In this document: positions 39,531-49,710 of the stretch, piece after piece
Numbering within the stretch: position 1 is the first letter of the stretch
How the letters are laid out: every line of letters starts with the position of its first letter
Notes under the pieces: generated by a model
What the model was told of the DNA's origin: nothing
Databases searched by the model: none
What the model saw: the letters and a program-made list of their open reading frames with translations, nothing else
Source of the DNA: a virus
Taxonomy: Duplodnaviria; Caudoviricetes
Virus record (IMG/VR): IMGVR_UViG_3300028048_001497
Location: 32,001 to 96,000 of that record
DNA: 64,000 nucleotides
Reading direction: 5' to 3' (one strand)
Program-made: the position numbers and the translations under genes

Positions 39531-40165
39531 TGGCAACAATGAATTTTTATAGCAAACTTCTTGAACAGAGTGATAAGAAATTTTTAATTGAGCCTTTTGA
39601 AAAATTAGATGTAGAGCCAATTTTGCTAGACACAAAAGATTATGTTTGGCTTACTCCTGATGCATATACTTATGTAAAAACAAAATTGGATATTGAGCAT
39701 CGTGAACCACAGATGAAAATTTATATTACAGGAGAAGTTGACCCGAATAAAGCATATGATGTTTCGGATTTACAAGAGGTAGAACGTGTTCAAGAAGAAA
39801 CTGATGAAGATGTACTAGATGCTTATAAAGAAAAAACATTACGTTTGATTAATGAACAAATTAGTAATCAATTAATGATTTCAAATTTTGAATTATATCA
39901 TTTCTTTAAATTAAATCATTATTTGGAATCAAAAGGTTTCTTTATTACAGATGAAAATCGTGAAGAAAAATATTTGGAAGTAATTAATAGCGGTGATACA
40001 GAAGCATTAGAAAAACTTTCAGAATATCTTGATTCACTTGATGATTTTAATGCTATAGATGCAACTTATATGAAATATAAGGAATATAAGAACAAAATTA
40101 AGGCAGCAAAAACTAAAGAGGAAATTAGTGATGCATATTATGAATTGTCAGGGAAACTGTTTTAA
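39530..40165 (+). CDS. hypothetical protein, possible fibre-assembly chaperone
   Basis: C-terminal KNKIKAAKTKEEI resembles the end of DUF4376-type proteins found beside tail fibres (from memory). Confidence 0.45.
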   Translation: MATMNFYSKLLEQSDKKFLIEPFEKLDVEPILLDTKDYVWLTPDAYTYVKTKLDIEHREPQMKIYITGEVDPNKAYDVSDLQEVERVQEETDEDVLDAYKEKTLRLINEQISNQLMISNFELYHFFKLNHYLESKGFFITDENREEKYLEVINSGDTEALEKLSEYLDSLDDFNAIDATYMKYKEYKNKIKAAKTKEEISDAYYELSGKLF

Positions 40166-40967
40166 TATAGTTTATATGACAAATCAATCATATTTATTCC
40201 AAACATATGTTTCTATGAAATCACTAAAATATAATAAACATCGTGACATTTGTTACGATGTTTATTTATTATGTATTGAATTTAGAGATATAGGAAAAAT
40301 AAAAGAATTAGATAGTGATGATTTTCATATAAAACCAATTTTTATAGATAAAAACATATTTAAGACTGAAAATAATGCCGGTGTTGTTTATTATAAACTG
40401 TTGTTACATGAACTGTTGGATTGCGATTTTGTTTTTCATATAGATTCTGATACAATCGTAATAAAAGATATATCAGATGTTTTCAAAATAAATATAAATG
40501 ATTATTTTTGTGGTGCAGTTCGTGACAAGATAAATGGATTTTCTTATTTTAATGCAGGGAATGTATTATTCAATTTAAAGAAAATACGAGAAAAGATAAT
40601 AGATAAAGATAAGACAATGTATGTTTATTATGAAGAGTTGAATAATGAGTTGAAAGATAATAAAGGCTTTTTATGGGAACAAGATATTATGAATAAAGCG
40701 TTTAAAAATTATATTAAATATATTGATTATGGGTATAATTTTTTGGCTAATACATATAGCAAATATAAATTTAATGAGTTGGTTCGTTTATATGGAGAAC
40801 CAATTAAATCAGACAATATTAAAATAATTCATTTTGCTAGTAACCCTAAACCTTGGAAAAAAAGTTCATTGTTTGGTGAAATTTGGAAAATGTATGCAGA
40901 AAATAGAATAGATAAAGAATATGAAAATAAAATTTTAAGGATGGCTTGTCGTGAATACAAAAAATGA
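40128..40967 (+). CDS. glycosyltransferase family 8
   Basis: IDSDTIV, YFNAGNVLFNL, EQDIMN, IIHFASNPKPW. Confidence 0.9.
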   Translation: MMHIMNCQGNCFNIVYMTNQSYLFQTYVSMKSLKYNKHRDICYDVYLLCIEFRDIGKIKELDSDDFHIKPIFIDKNIFKTENNAGVVYYKLLLHELLDCDFVFHIDSDTIVIKDISDVFKININDYFCGAVRDKINGFSYFNAGNVLFNLKKIREKIIDKDKTMYVYYEELNNELKDNKGFLWEQDIMNKAFKNYIKYIDYGYNFLANTYSKYKFNELVRLYGEPIKSDNIKIIHFASNPKPWKKSSLFGEIWKMYAENRIDKEYENKILRMACREYKK

Positions 40968-42093
40968 TATGTTTATGATGCAATTTTTGTTAGGTAATAA
41001 ATTTGATAAATTAAAACCAAATAATGATACAATTATTGTGACAAATAGCATGGGTCGTAGAGAAGCACATAGTTATTTGTGGGGAGCAGAAAGATATACA
41101 TTAAAAATTTGTACAGAGTTATCAAAAAAATATAAAGTTCATTTGTTTATAGCTGGTGGAAAATTTTTAGATATTCATAATGTTACAATCCATCCAAATA
41201 TAGTTGCTTATTTATCTCGTGGAACAATTAATGATTATGCAATTAAAATTAGAAATTTAAATCCTAAGTGCATTTTTTGTAATGCTAGTTGTGGACAGGA
41301 TGCGTTATTTTGGACAATTATATCTAAAGTTTCAAAAGTACCTATAATTATGTTTTTTCATAATGAGCCTGAATTTATGAAAGATACAATTTCGCATATA
41401 TTAGCTATGGATTATATTAAAAATCAGGATATAATGAAATCAGGAGAAAGATTATATGATGTTGTATTAAAATATTGTGATAGATTAGCGTTTTTATTAC
41501 CACAATATATAGATGAAAGATATAAAAACAAATCATATGTTTTTTATAATTGTATAGATATTCCTAAAAATGTAGATATTATTAAAAAAAGAAAAAATGT
41601 TTTATATGTTGGAAGAATAAATTCAGATACAAAACGAACACAAATTTTATTGGATTGGATAAAAAATACAAAATATGATTGTGATGTTGTTGGATATAGT
41701 TATCATGGATATGGATATATAAACATGGATGAATATAAATTTAGTAATATTCATTATTTTGGTTATCAAGAAGATGTATCTAGGTTTTATAAAAATGCGA
41801 ATGTATTGGTAATTCCATCAAGATATGAAGGATTGCCAACAGTTATGATAGAAGCATTATCATATGGTGTGCCAATTATAGGATTTAAAGAATGTAAGGT
41901 TATGAATTATCTTATTAAAGATGGATATAATGGATGGTTAGTGGATGATAATTTTTCTGATGTTATGAATTATGTATTATCTATAAATGATATGATTAAT
42001 ATTCGACAAAATTGTTTGCAAGAAGCTAAAAAATATGATATTCATAATATTATGAAAAAAATAAATGAATGTATTGAGAGTGTTGCAGAATGA
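40951..42093 (+). CDS. glycosyltransferase family 4 (GT-B)
   Basis: WGAERY, LYVGRI, PSRYEGLPTVMIEALSYGVP. Confidence 0.9.
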   Translation: MNTKNDMFMMQFLLGNKFDKLKPNNDTIIVTNSMGRREAHSYLWGAERYTLKICTELSKKYKVHLFIAGGKFLDIHNVTIHPNIVAYLSRGTINDYAIKIRNLNPKCIFCNASCGQDALFWTIISKVSKVPIIMFFHNEPEFMKDTISHILAMDYIKNQDIMKSGERLYDVVLKYCDRLAFLLPQYIDERYKNKSYVFYNCIDIPKNVDIIKKRKNVLYVGRINSDTKRTQILLDWIKNTKYDCDVVGYSYHGYGYINMDEYKFSNIHYFGYQEDVSRFYKNANVLVIPSRYEGLPTVMIEALSYGVPIIGFKECKVMNYLIKDGYNGWLVDDNFSDVMNYVLSINDMINIRQNCLQEAKKYDIHNIMKKINECIESVAE

Positions 42094-43001
42094 AAATTAA
42101 TTTGATTTATTTATTTTACGAATTAAATGGAGCATATACATCATTTGAAGATACATTTTATAATTTAAGACGATTTACAAATCATGATATTCGATTTATT
42201 ATTTTATATGAAGATAAAAATTTATTAAGAAGATTTCATGAATATTTAGCTTTTGGTGATGGAATTTGTTATCTTCCATTAGCAGTTGGAAAATACATGG
42301 ATACATATGGAAATACAAATATTATTAAACATAAAAAAATGGTTTATGATATAAAAGGTGATATAAACATTATTAGTTCTGAAATTATTAAATTACAGAA
42401 ACAAAATCGTTTTAAACAATCTGCTAATCAAGAATTTCTTTTATATCCTGCATTTATTTACAAGCAACAAAATAAAAACCAACAAATTTTAAAAGATGAA
42501 ATGGATTATATAAAAGAACATCATGTATTAACAATTTGTAATAAATTTAATTCAAAGTTTGTTGATAATAGTTTTGTTTGGTATATGAAGTTTTCTCCTG
42601 AAAGAATTAATAAACTGAAAAATTTAGTTTCAAATAAAAAAGATGCTCTAGTTGCAGAGGAATATTATCACAGTAAAATAAAAGAAGAAAATATTAAGCC
42701 ATTTGATTATAAAGAATATTTATATTATCGTTATGATAAGAAAAATAATGATAATTTGTATACAGATGATGGTGCTCGGTATTATGAAAACATTGGTAAG
42801 TTACTATTTGAATTTATTTTATTAGGAAAAAATTCAATTTATTTACCAAAAAATAAAAAGTTTGATGATGGATTAACAGAATTTATGAATGATATGGGAT
42901 TAGATGACAATAAAGAGTATAAATTTTCTGATAAAGATAAACAATTTTTTGAGGATAAATTGTTTATGAAGTCGGATGATAAACTTTTAACTATTTTTTA
43001 A
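42090..43001 (+). CDS. hypothetical protein, paralogue of 15958..16794
   Basis: Shared ENIGK..FEF..LGK and DDGLT motifs; sits inside the GT operon. Confidence 0.6.
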   Translation: MKINLIYLFYELNGAYTSFEDTFYNLRRFTNHDIRFIILYEDKNLLRRFHEYLAFGDGICYLPLAVGKYMDTYGNTNIIKHKKMVYDIKGDINIISSEIIKLQKQNRFKQSANQEFLLYPAFIYKQQNKNQQILKDEMDYIKEHHVLTICNKFNSKFVDNSFVWYMKFSPERINKLKNLVSNKKDALVAEEYYHSKIKEENIKPFDYKEYLYYRYDKKNNDNLYTDDGARYYENIGKLLFEFILLGKNSIYLPKNKKFDDGLTEFMNDMGLDDNKEYKFSDKDKQFFEDKLFMKSDDKLLTIF

Positions 43002-43016
43002 GGAAGAAGTTTTTGT

Positions 43017-44606
43017 ATGAAAATATTAGGAATACAATGTTATCAAGATTATAATGTTACATATTATAATACAGATACAAAAGAAATGAAGTTTTTGGAA
43101 TTAGAAAAATTATTAAAAAAGAAACATTTTTCTTTCCATTCAGATAAAATTGATTATATGTCTGAAATAGATAATATTTATCGTGATAATCTTAGAAATA
43201 ATTTATATAAATGTCAAAAATTAATTCATAAAGAATTTAATGTTGATAAATTTGACGTGATTTGTTGGAATTATAAAACATTTAAAGACGGTTATTTAAA
43301 ACAGGAATCATATGATTTTGTAAAAATGTTAGAGCGTTGTGACATTTTAAAATTTCATCATCAAGAAAATCATGTGTTACCAGCAATAATTGAAAATCAT
43401 TTATCTGATGCGCTTTGTTTATCTATAGATGGTAAGGGTGATGGAAATCATGCTTTTTATCATTGGAAAGATAATAAATTGAATAAATTGTTTCAAGAAC
43501 AAAAATTCTCATATGGTATGTATTATGAAGTGTTGTCCTGCTATTTTTTAGATAAACGTCATAAATATGAACAAGGATTAGAAGGTAAATTTATGGCATA
43601 TGCAGGTTTATCTAATAATTTTGTTCAAATTAAAGATATAGATGTTTTTGAAAAAACAATTAAAGACGTGAATTGGAATATATGGGAAGATAAAGAAAAT
43701 ATAGAAACATATATTTATAATTTCTTAGATGAACAATCTAAAGAATTTGATAAGTATGATTTGGCATATACCATGCAAAAATTGTGGATAGATTGGGTAA
43801 TGAGAGAACTATCTTCTTATAGACATGAAAGTGATATATTAGTCCTTTCTGGTGGTTGTGCTATGAATTGTATGTTAAATTATGTGATTGAAAAAACAGG
43901 TTGGTTTAATCATATATACTATACCCCTGTTGTAGCAGACACAGGTCAATCATATGGTGCAGTTTTAAATTATTTGTTGCATTATAAACCAGATGAATTA
44001 AATTATATTAAGTCTAAAAACTATACTGTTACTCAATCAATGCAAGAAAAAGATTTGTATCAACAACATAGTTCTGAATTTAACGATATAGATATAAACG
44101 CTTTGGTTGAAAAATTGGCTAATGATAAAATTGTTGGTGTTTGTCGTGGGAATATTGAAATGGGTGCAAGAGCCTTGGGTAGACGTAGCATTTTATCTTC
44201 TCCATTTCACAAAGAAATGCATGATAAATTAAATACAATAAAGGGTAGAGAATGGTATCGTCCATATGGAATTATAATTCCTGAAGATAAAATAAGTGAA
44301 TATTTCGATATAGATACTGATGTCCCATACATGAATATTTTAGCAAAACCAAAAATAGATAATTTATTAGGTGCTATGCATAAAGATGGAACAATTCGTA
44401 TACAAACAGTTAGTGAAAAAGATGATAAATGGTTATATAATTTGTTATATGCGTTTGGTAATAAAACAGGAGTTGCAATTTTAATTAATACTTCATTTAA
44501 TGATAGTGGTTTGCCAATTTTTAATTATTTTAGTGATATGTATCGTATGTATCAAGAAAAATTGGATGGATTAATTATTGAAAATAAAGTTTCGTATAAA
44601 GAGTGA
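43017..44606 (+). CDS. O-carbamoyltransferase (CmcH/NodU/TobZ family)
   Basis: HHQENH, DGKGD, LSGGCAMN, DTGQSYG, EMGARALGRRS, KGREWYRP, HKDGTIRIQ, NTSFN. Confidence 0.92.
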   Translation: MKILGIQCYQDYNVTYYNTDTKEMKFLELEKLLKKKHFSFHSDKIDYMSEIDNIYRDNLRNNLYKCQKLIHKEFNVDKFDVICWNYKTFKDGYLKQESYDFVKMLERCDILKFHHQENHVLPAIIENHLSDALCLSIDGKGDGNHAFYHWKDNKLNKLFQEQKFSYGMYYEVLSCYFLDKRHKYEQGLEGKFMAYAGLSNNFVQIKDIDVFEKTIKDVNWNIWEDKENIETYIYNFLDEQSKEFDKYDLAYTMQKLWIDWVMRELSSYRHESDILVLSGGCAMNCMLNYVIEKTGWFNHIYYTPVVADTGQSYGAVLNYLLHYKPDELNYIKSKNYTVTQSMQEKDLYQQHSSEFNDIDINALVEKLANDKIVGVCRGNIEMGARALGRRSILSSPFHKEMHDKLNTIKGREWYRPYGIIIPEDKISEYFDIDTDVPYMNILAKPKIDNLLGAMHKDGTIRIQTVSEKDDKWLYNLLYAFGNKTGVAILINTSFNDSGLPIFNYFSDMYRMYQEKLDGLIIENKVSYKE

Positions 44607-45367
44607 TAGAATTGAAACATATTCCTTTGATAGAATATCATTTAGTAAATCATTGTAATTTAAATTGTAAGGGGTGTGCTCATTTTGCACCATTGGCAAA
44701 ACATTGGTTTGCAGATATATATGAATTTGAGAAAGATTTAAAACAACTATCTTCATTGGTTGAAATTGATAGACTAACTTTGTTTGGTGGAGAACCATTG
44801 TTAAATGATAATATAAATGATTTTTTAATTATAGCAAGAAAGGTTCTTCCAAATACAGATATTAGTGTTTTGACAAACGGTGTTGTTTTATTAAAAAAAA
44901 TAAGTTCTATGGCAAAAGTTCTAAAAGATAATAATATTTATATTGATATTACTTGTTATCCAATTAATGTTGACTATGAAATAGAATTAAAAATGTTAAA
45001 AGCATTAAAGATACCATATAGAATTTATAATGATTTAGAACGTGTAAAAACATTAAGGCATCATATTTTATCTCATATAAAAAAAGAAAATACATGGGAT
45101 TGTTTAATGATAAATTCAAATTCGGTTCAATTAAGAAATGGTAAATTGTATATATGTCCTTTGCAAGCGTATATTGATATTTTTAATGATTATTTTCACG
45201 AAAATTTTAAAGTAGATAAAAATAATATTTTGGATATTTATAATTGTACGGACGATGATATAGTAAATATGTATCATAGAAAAAATAGTTTTTGTGAATA
45301 TTGTAGAGAACCAATAGAAGGGAATAAATATTCTACATCTAAAAGGGAGAAGTTAGAATGGATGTAA
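44603..45367 (+). CDS. radical SAM enzyme (short, glycan-locus type)
   Basis: CNLNCKGCAHFAP, FGGEP, LTNG; short C-terminal Cys motif (C..YICP..FCEYC). Confidence 0.88.
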   Translation: MIELKHIPLIEYHLVNHCNLNCKGCAHFAPLAKHWFADIYEFEKDLKQLSSLVEIDRLTLFGGEPLLNDNINDFLIIARKVLPNTDISVLTNGVVLLKKISSMAKVLKDNNIYIDITCYPINVDYEIELKMLKALKIPYRIYNDLERVKTLRHHILSHIKKENTWDCLMINSNSVQLRNGKLYICPLQAYIDIFNDYFHENFKVDKNNILDIYNCTDDDIVNMYHRKNSFCEYCREPIEGNKYSTSKREKLEWM

Positions 45368-46170
45368 AATATTGTTTAAAAACACAAATTGTGGATGAAT
45401 GTAATTTAAATTGTAAAGGGTGTGACCATTTTGCTCCATTAGCAAAACCTTGGCATCAACCATTAGTAGATTTTGTTAATATGATGAAAACGGTTCGTAA
45501 TACAATTGGAAATAATATCAAGGAAATTGAATTATACGGTGGAGAACCTTTATTACATGAACAATTATATGAAATGATTTTAGTTTTGAAAGTTCTTTTC
45601 AACAATGAAATTATAATTTCAATTGAAACAAATGGCATTTTATTAAATAATTTTTTACAAAGTCATAAAAATTTAATTAATGATAATAAAATAGAAATTA
45701 AAATTACGGAATATAAAAGCACAAAAGGAATTGTAAATAGATTAAAGAATAATTATTTACATAATAATATATATCAAGCAAAAATGTTAAATAAAGAACT
45801 TGAATTAACAAATCATTTTTCATATAAAGAAAACTTGTTTAATGTTAACATTAACAAAAAACAAAATGAACAAATTATTGATGTATATAATAATTGTTAT
45901 GTAAAATGTGAGGAAAAAGATTCTTTGTGTTTAAGAGATTGGATTTTATCTCCATGTCCAATGACAATGTGCTTGAATATTTTTGATGATTTTTTTAATG
46001 AACAATATGATAATAAGAATAATCATGTTGTTGTTACTGATAAATTATCTGTTAAAGATTTAGATAAAATGGCACATTATCCATGTGATTTTTGTAAGCG
46101 ATGTGGAAATATTATTTATGGTATTCCATATGGCATTTCTAAAAAGGATAGAAAAGAATGGCAGATGTAA
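45358..46170 (+). CDS. radical SAM enzyme, paralogue of previous
   Basis: CNLNCKGCDHFAP, YGGEP, ETNG, PCP..FCKRC. Confidence 0.88.
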   Translation: MDVKYCLKTQIVDECNLNCKGCDHFAPLAKPWHQPLVDFVNMMKTVRNTIGNNIKEIELYGGEPLLHEQLYEMILVLKVLFNNEIIISIETNGILLNNFLQSHKNLINDNKIEIKITEYKSTKGIVNRLKNNYLHNNIYQAKMLNKELELTNHFSYKENLFNVNINKKQNEQIIDVYNNCYVKCEEKDSLCLRDWILSPCPMTMCLNIFDDFFNEQYDNKNNHVVVTDKLSVKDLDKMAHYPCDFCKRCGNIIYGIPYGISKKDRKEWQM

Positions 46171-47093
46171 AATTTTATATTATTATTCCAACATATAATC
46201 GTTTTGATAAAATAAAAAAAGCGATACAAAGTGTATTGCAACAGATATATGATAAGTATCATATAATTATAGTTGATGACCATTCAGATAAAAATAATCA
46301 TATACAATTAGAAAAATATACTAATTGTAATGATAGAATATCATATTATTATTTGCCTGAAAATAGAGGTCATTGTTATGCTAGAAATTTTGCGTTAAAT
46401 CATATTGAAGAAATTGATAGTTGGGTAAAATATTTAGATGATGATGATTTAATATTACCAAATTGCTTAAAAGATATTGCAGATTATATATCAAAAAACA
46501 AACAAATAAATGTTTTAACAACAAATTTTGATATATTAAACGAACATGATGAAGTGATTAAGCATATTGAACCTAATTATAATATTGATAGTGTTTTTAA
46601 TGGAAATTTAGACACTTGTTGCATTTGTCATAAATATTCATTGTTTAAAGAAATTGGTGGATGGGATGAATTTTTATATCGTATGGCAGATGATGATTTT
46701 TTCTTTAAATATATTACTAATGGTAAATATGGGTTTTTAGATAAAACAACCTCCGTATTTTATCGGACAAGTGATAAAGGTAGAGTATCGAACCAGACAA
46801 CGAATTTAAAATATGTTAATTATATTGCAGACAAATATAATTATCATTATAATAAAAAATGTTTGATTATATGTGATAATAAATATATTGACAATGTGTT
46901 AAATACTGAATTTAAGATTGAATCATTTATGAAGTTTGATATAAATAAAAAGCCATCAAAAGATTATGATTATTTGATTTATATTAAAGATTTTAACGTT
47001 CTTCAAGATTTGTATGATGAACTATATCGTACTAAGAAAGATTTGGTTAAAATAAAAAATTCTATATTGATAAAAAATAGATTAAAGAATTGA
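46158..47093 (+). CDS. glycosyltransferase family 2
   Basis: IIPTYNR, VDDHS, ARN, YLDDDD, IGGWDE. Confidence 0.9.
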   Translation: MADVKFYIIIPTYNRFDKIKKAIQSVLQQIYDKYHIIIVDDHSDKNNHIQLEKYTNCNDRISYYYLPENRGHCYARNFALNHIEEIDSWVKYLDDDDLILPNCLKDIADYISKNKQINVLTTNFDILNEHDEVIKHIEPNYNIDSVFNGNLDTCCICHKYSLFKEIGGWDEFLYRMADDDFFFKYITNGKYGFLDKTTSVFYRTSDKGRVSNQTTNLKYVNYIADKYNYHYNKKCLIICDNKYIDNVLNTEFKIESFMKFDINKKPSKDYDYLIYIKDFNVLQDLYDELYRTKKDLVKIKNSILIKNRLKN

Positions 47094-47118
47094 CAAAACA
47101 GAATTACTCATGTATAAT
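47090..47118 (+). promoter_or_regulatory. consensus sigmaA promoter
   Basis: TTGACA (47090-95), exactly 17 nt, TATAAT (47113-18). Confidence 0.85.
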
Positions 47119-47163
47119 AAATCATATCGAAATATGAATTTGAGAAAGAAAGAGGTATTTGTT

Positions 47164-47388
47164 ATGTCAGACGAATTAAAAACAAATGAACAGGCAGTAG
47201 ATTCAACAACAGCAGTAATGGATAATCTTCAATGGGAAAAATTTGCTAAAGGCGACCTACTCAATTTTCTTGTATCACATGGTCTTGTAAAAATTACAGT
47301 TGATGATGGCGCAGGAAAAAAGGCAACGGTTAAGTTTACTTCCAAGGGTGAATATAATGTTTCTTATACAACGACAGAGTTGATGTAA
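47164..47388 (+). CDS. small hypothetical protein
   Basis: ATG at 47164 after GAGGT; first gene behind the consensus promoter. Confidence 0.65.
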   Translation: MSDELKTNEQAVDSTTAVMDNLQWEKFAKGDLLNFLVSHGLVKITVDDGAGKKATVKFTSKGEYNVSYTTTELM

Positions 47389-47390
47389 TT

Positions 47391-47708
47391 GTGGAAACAA
47401 AATTTGATACTTATCAAAACAAGAAAGAACAAAAAATAGATTCAATTTTGGAAGGTATTATTACAATAATGCGCCAAATTGAAGAAACAAAAAAAAGTAT
47501 AAAAGAATTATCTTCACGTGTTGATAGATTAGAACATAATCAACAGGTCATTTTGCGTAGTACAGGAGATACTATGATTATGACAAATAACAATACGAAT
47601 GATATAGAGGACATAAAAGGTAATACTGAATCTATATCAGAAAAAATAGATAATTTGGATTATACAGTTAAGAATTTGCGCATATACAAATATTATAATG
47701 GTGAATAA
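47391..47708 (+). CDS. coiled-coil hypothetical protein
   Basis: Heptad-like ORF followed by a hairpin. Confidence 0.55.
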   Translation: METKFDTYQNKKEQKIDSILEGIITIMRQIEETKKSIKELSSRVDRLEHNQQVILRSTGDTMIMTNNNTNDIEDIKGNTESISEKIDNLDYTVKNLRIYKYYNGE

Positions 47709-47714
47709 ATATAT

Positions 47715-47746
47715 AGCCCATAGGTATGTTTATCTATGGGTTTTTT
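47715..47746 (+). terminator. intrinsic terminator
   Basis: agcccatagg...tctatgggtt plus T run. Confidence 0.7.
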
Positions 47747-47779
47747 GTATAATAAAAGAAAAAGATTGGAGATAAAATA

Positions 47780-48223
47780 ATGCCAAAAGAAGTTAATATA
47801 GGATTCGTTGGGTATTCTGATTCAAAGTTTGATGTTCAGAGAGCCAAACAAATTATATATGATATTTTTCAAGTGATTGAAAGAAAATATTGTACAGAAG
47901 AAAATATGGACATGAAAATTAATATTATTACAGGTGCAACAAATTTAGGAATCCCTGCTCTTGTATATGAAATTGCACATAATGAAAATGTTAAGTATGG
48001 GAATTGGTTTACTTTAGTTGGCTTTATGGCTAAAGAAGGTTATCAATATAAACTATATCCATGCGATGAAATTTATGCTTATGGTGAAAAATTTGGTGAC
48101 GAAAGTTCATATTTTATTGATAGGATTGATGTTCTTTATAAAATTGGAGGAGGAAAACAATCCATTAAAGAGTTTCAAATGGCAAAAGATAAAGGTATAG
48201 AGACAGTTGAATATTCGTTGTAA
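47780..48223 (+). CDS. SLOG-superfamily (LOG/DprA-like) nucleotide-binding protein
   Basis: IGFVGYS, ITGATNLGIP, IGGGKQSIKE. Confidence 0.6.
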   Translation: MPKEVNIGFVGYSDSKFDVQRAKQIIYDIFQVIERKYCTEENMDMKINIITGATNLGIPALVYEIAHNENVKYGNWFTLVGFMAKEGYQYKLYPCDEIYAYGEKFGDESSYFIDRIDVLYKIGGGKQSIKEFQMAKDKGIETVEYSL

Positions 48224-48301
48224 TTAAGTTATATTTTATGAAATAATATGTATTTTTCCTTTAGATGAAACATTTTAAATAATAGAAAAGGATGATTTGC
48301 T

Positions 48302-48853
48302 TTGTATAAGGTTAAATTAAATGGCAACTATAATGTCTACATTAAAGACCTTAACTTTGAGTTCACTCCTGTTAAACCTGTAAAAACATTCAAAGATGAA
48401 GAATTTGAAAATTCTGATGATATAAAAGTTTTTCTAAATGAATATCTTACGGCAACAAAGGTAGGGAATACAAAGAAAACTGAAAAGGTTTCTGAAACAA
48501 AGGAACTACCAAAAGATGTAAAAGAAGTTCCTGCGAAGAAAACAAAAGAAGAAGATGAAGTAGTTATTAATGCTACTAATGCTTCAAAAACATCTTCTGC
48601 TGATAAGTCAAAAGAAAACAAGAAAACATTAGCAGAAGAAAAACAAGGTAAAAAAGACGATGATGTTGTTGTTGCTGATGGTGCTTCAAAGAGCACACCA
48701 ACATCAAAAGAAACAAAACAGAATGATGATGTTGTTGTTGCTGATGGTGCTTCTAAGAGTGGCGCAAAAAAGACTATTTCAAATACAAAGAAACAAACTC
48801 CTGCGACAAAGAACAAAACAACAAATCGTAAGAGTTCAACTAATAAAAAGTAA
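48302..48853 (+). CDS. Lys/Thr-rich low-complexity protein
   Basis: Duplicated DDVVVADGASKS; basic tail. Confidence 0.7.
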   Translation: MYKVKLNGNYNVYIKDLNFEFTPVKPVKTFKDEEFENSDDIKVFLNEYLTATKVGNTKKTEKVSETKELPKDVKEVPAKKTKEEDEVVINATNASKTSSADKSKENKKTLAEEKQGKKDDDVVVADGASKSTPTSKETKQNDDVVVADGASKSGAKKTISNTKKQTPATKNKTTNRKSSTNKK

Positions 48854-48892
48854 TATTGTTAAATTTGCAAATTTAAGGATGTGTAAAATGGC

Positions 48893-49690
48893 ATGAAGAA
48901 GATTTCTTGGTTAGAGGATTTTGCAGAATCTCGTAAACAGAGTGCAAGCAAGCAGAAGAAAGTAACTGCTTCAAAAAAGGCTACAAAAAAGAGTGTTGCT
49001 GGAGCGGATATGATTATTATTGCTAAGTCCATGCTCCCAAAGGCAGTTAATGGTAATACAGTTAAGTATCAGAATATTAAGTGGAAGGTTGTAGATGCTT
49101 CTTATAAGGATGCAAAAGGTAGTGGCATTGTAATGAAGAAGATTGCAGGTATTGATACAAAGCCACTTACAAGTCCTGAAACACGTGCTTATACAGACCC
49201 AGGTGCAGTCTATGACTATAATGTTCGTGAGACAACAGAAATTCCTGATTTTGAGGAAGCTGCTCGTCAGACAGAGGAACAGATTGCAAAAGAAGATGCA
49301 GTAGACCATGATACAACACCAGCTGCTCGTTATCAGAACCATGCTCTTATGGGTGATGAAGCTCCTGCTATGGCTCCAGAGACAGAGGATGTAGTTCCTG
49401 ACGCCGAAGTTACAGAAGAAGCTCCTGCTGATGAAGATGCTCCTGTTGTTGAGGAAGAAGAAACAGAAGAAGTTGCTCCAGTAGAGGAAGAAGCTCCTGT
49501 TGATGAAGAAGCAGATGATTTTACATTTGATGATGTAGATGCTGAACCTCTTGATGAAACTCCTGCTGAAGAAGAAACAGAAGATACTCCTGTTGAGGAA
49601 GATAAAGAAGAAAAGAAACCTGTTGCTGCAAGCAAGAAGGTTGCTAAGAGACGTAAGAACCCAATTCTTATGGCTATGTTAAAGCGTTGA
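48893..49690 (+). CDS. highly expressed protein with acidic EEAP-rich tract, possible scaffold/internal head protein
   Basis: Capsid-like codon bias; basic ends with KKVTAS/KKVA; EE(A/T)P repeats. Confidence 0.55.
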   Translation: MKKISWLEDFAESRKQSASKQKKVTASKKATKKSVAGADMIIIAKSMLPKAVNGNTVKYQNIKWKVVDASYKDAKGSGIVMKKIAGIDTKPLTSPETRAYTDPGAVYDYNVRETTEIPDFEEAARQTEEQIAKEDAVDHDTTPAARYQNHALMGDEAPAMAPETEDVVPDAEVTEEAPADEDAPVVEEEETEEVAPVEEEAPVDEEADDFTFDDVDAEPLDETPAEEETEDTPVEEDKEEKKPVAASKKVAKRRKNPILMAMLKR

Positions 49691-49710
49691 TAGAAGGAGA
49701 TTGTTGTACA

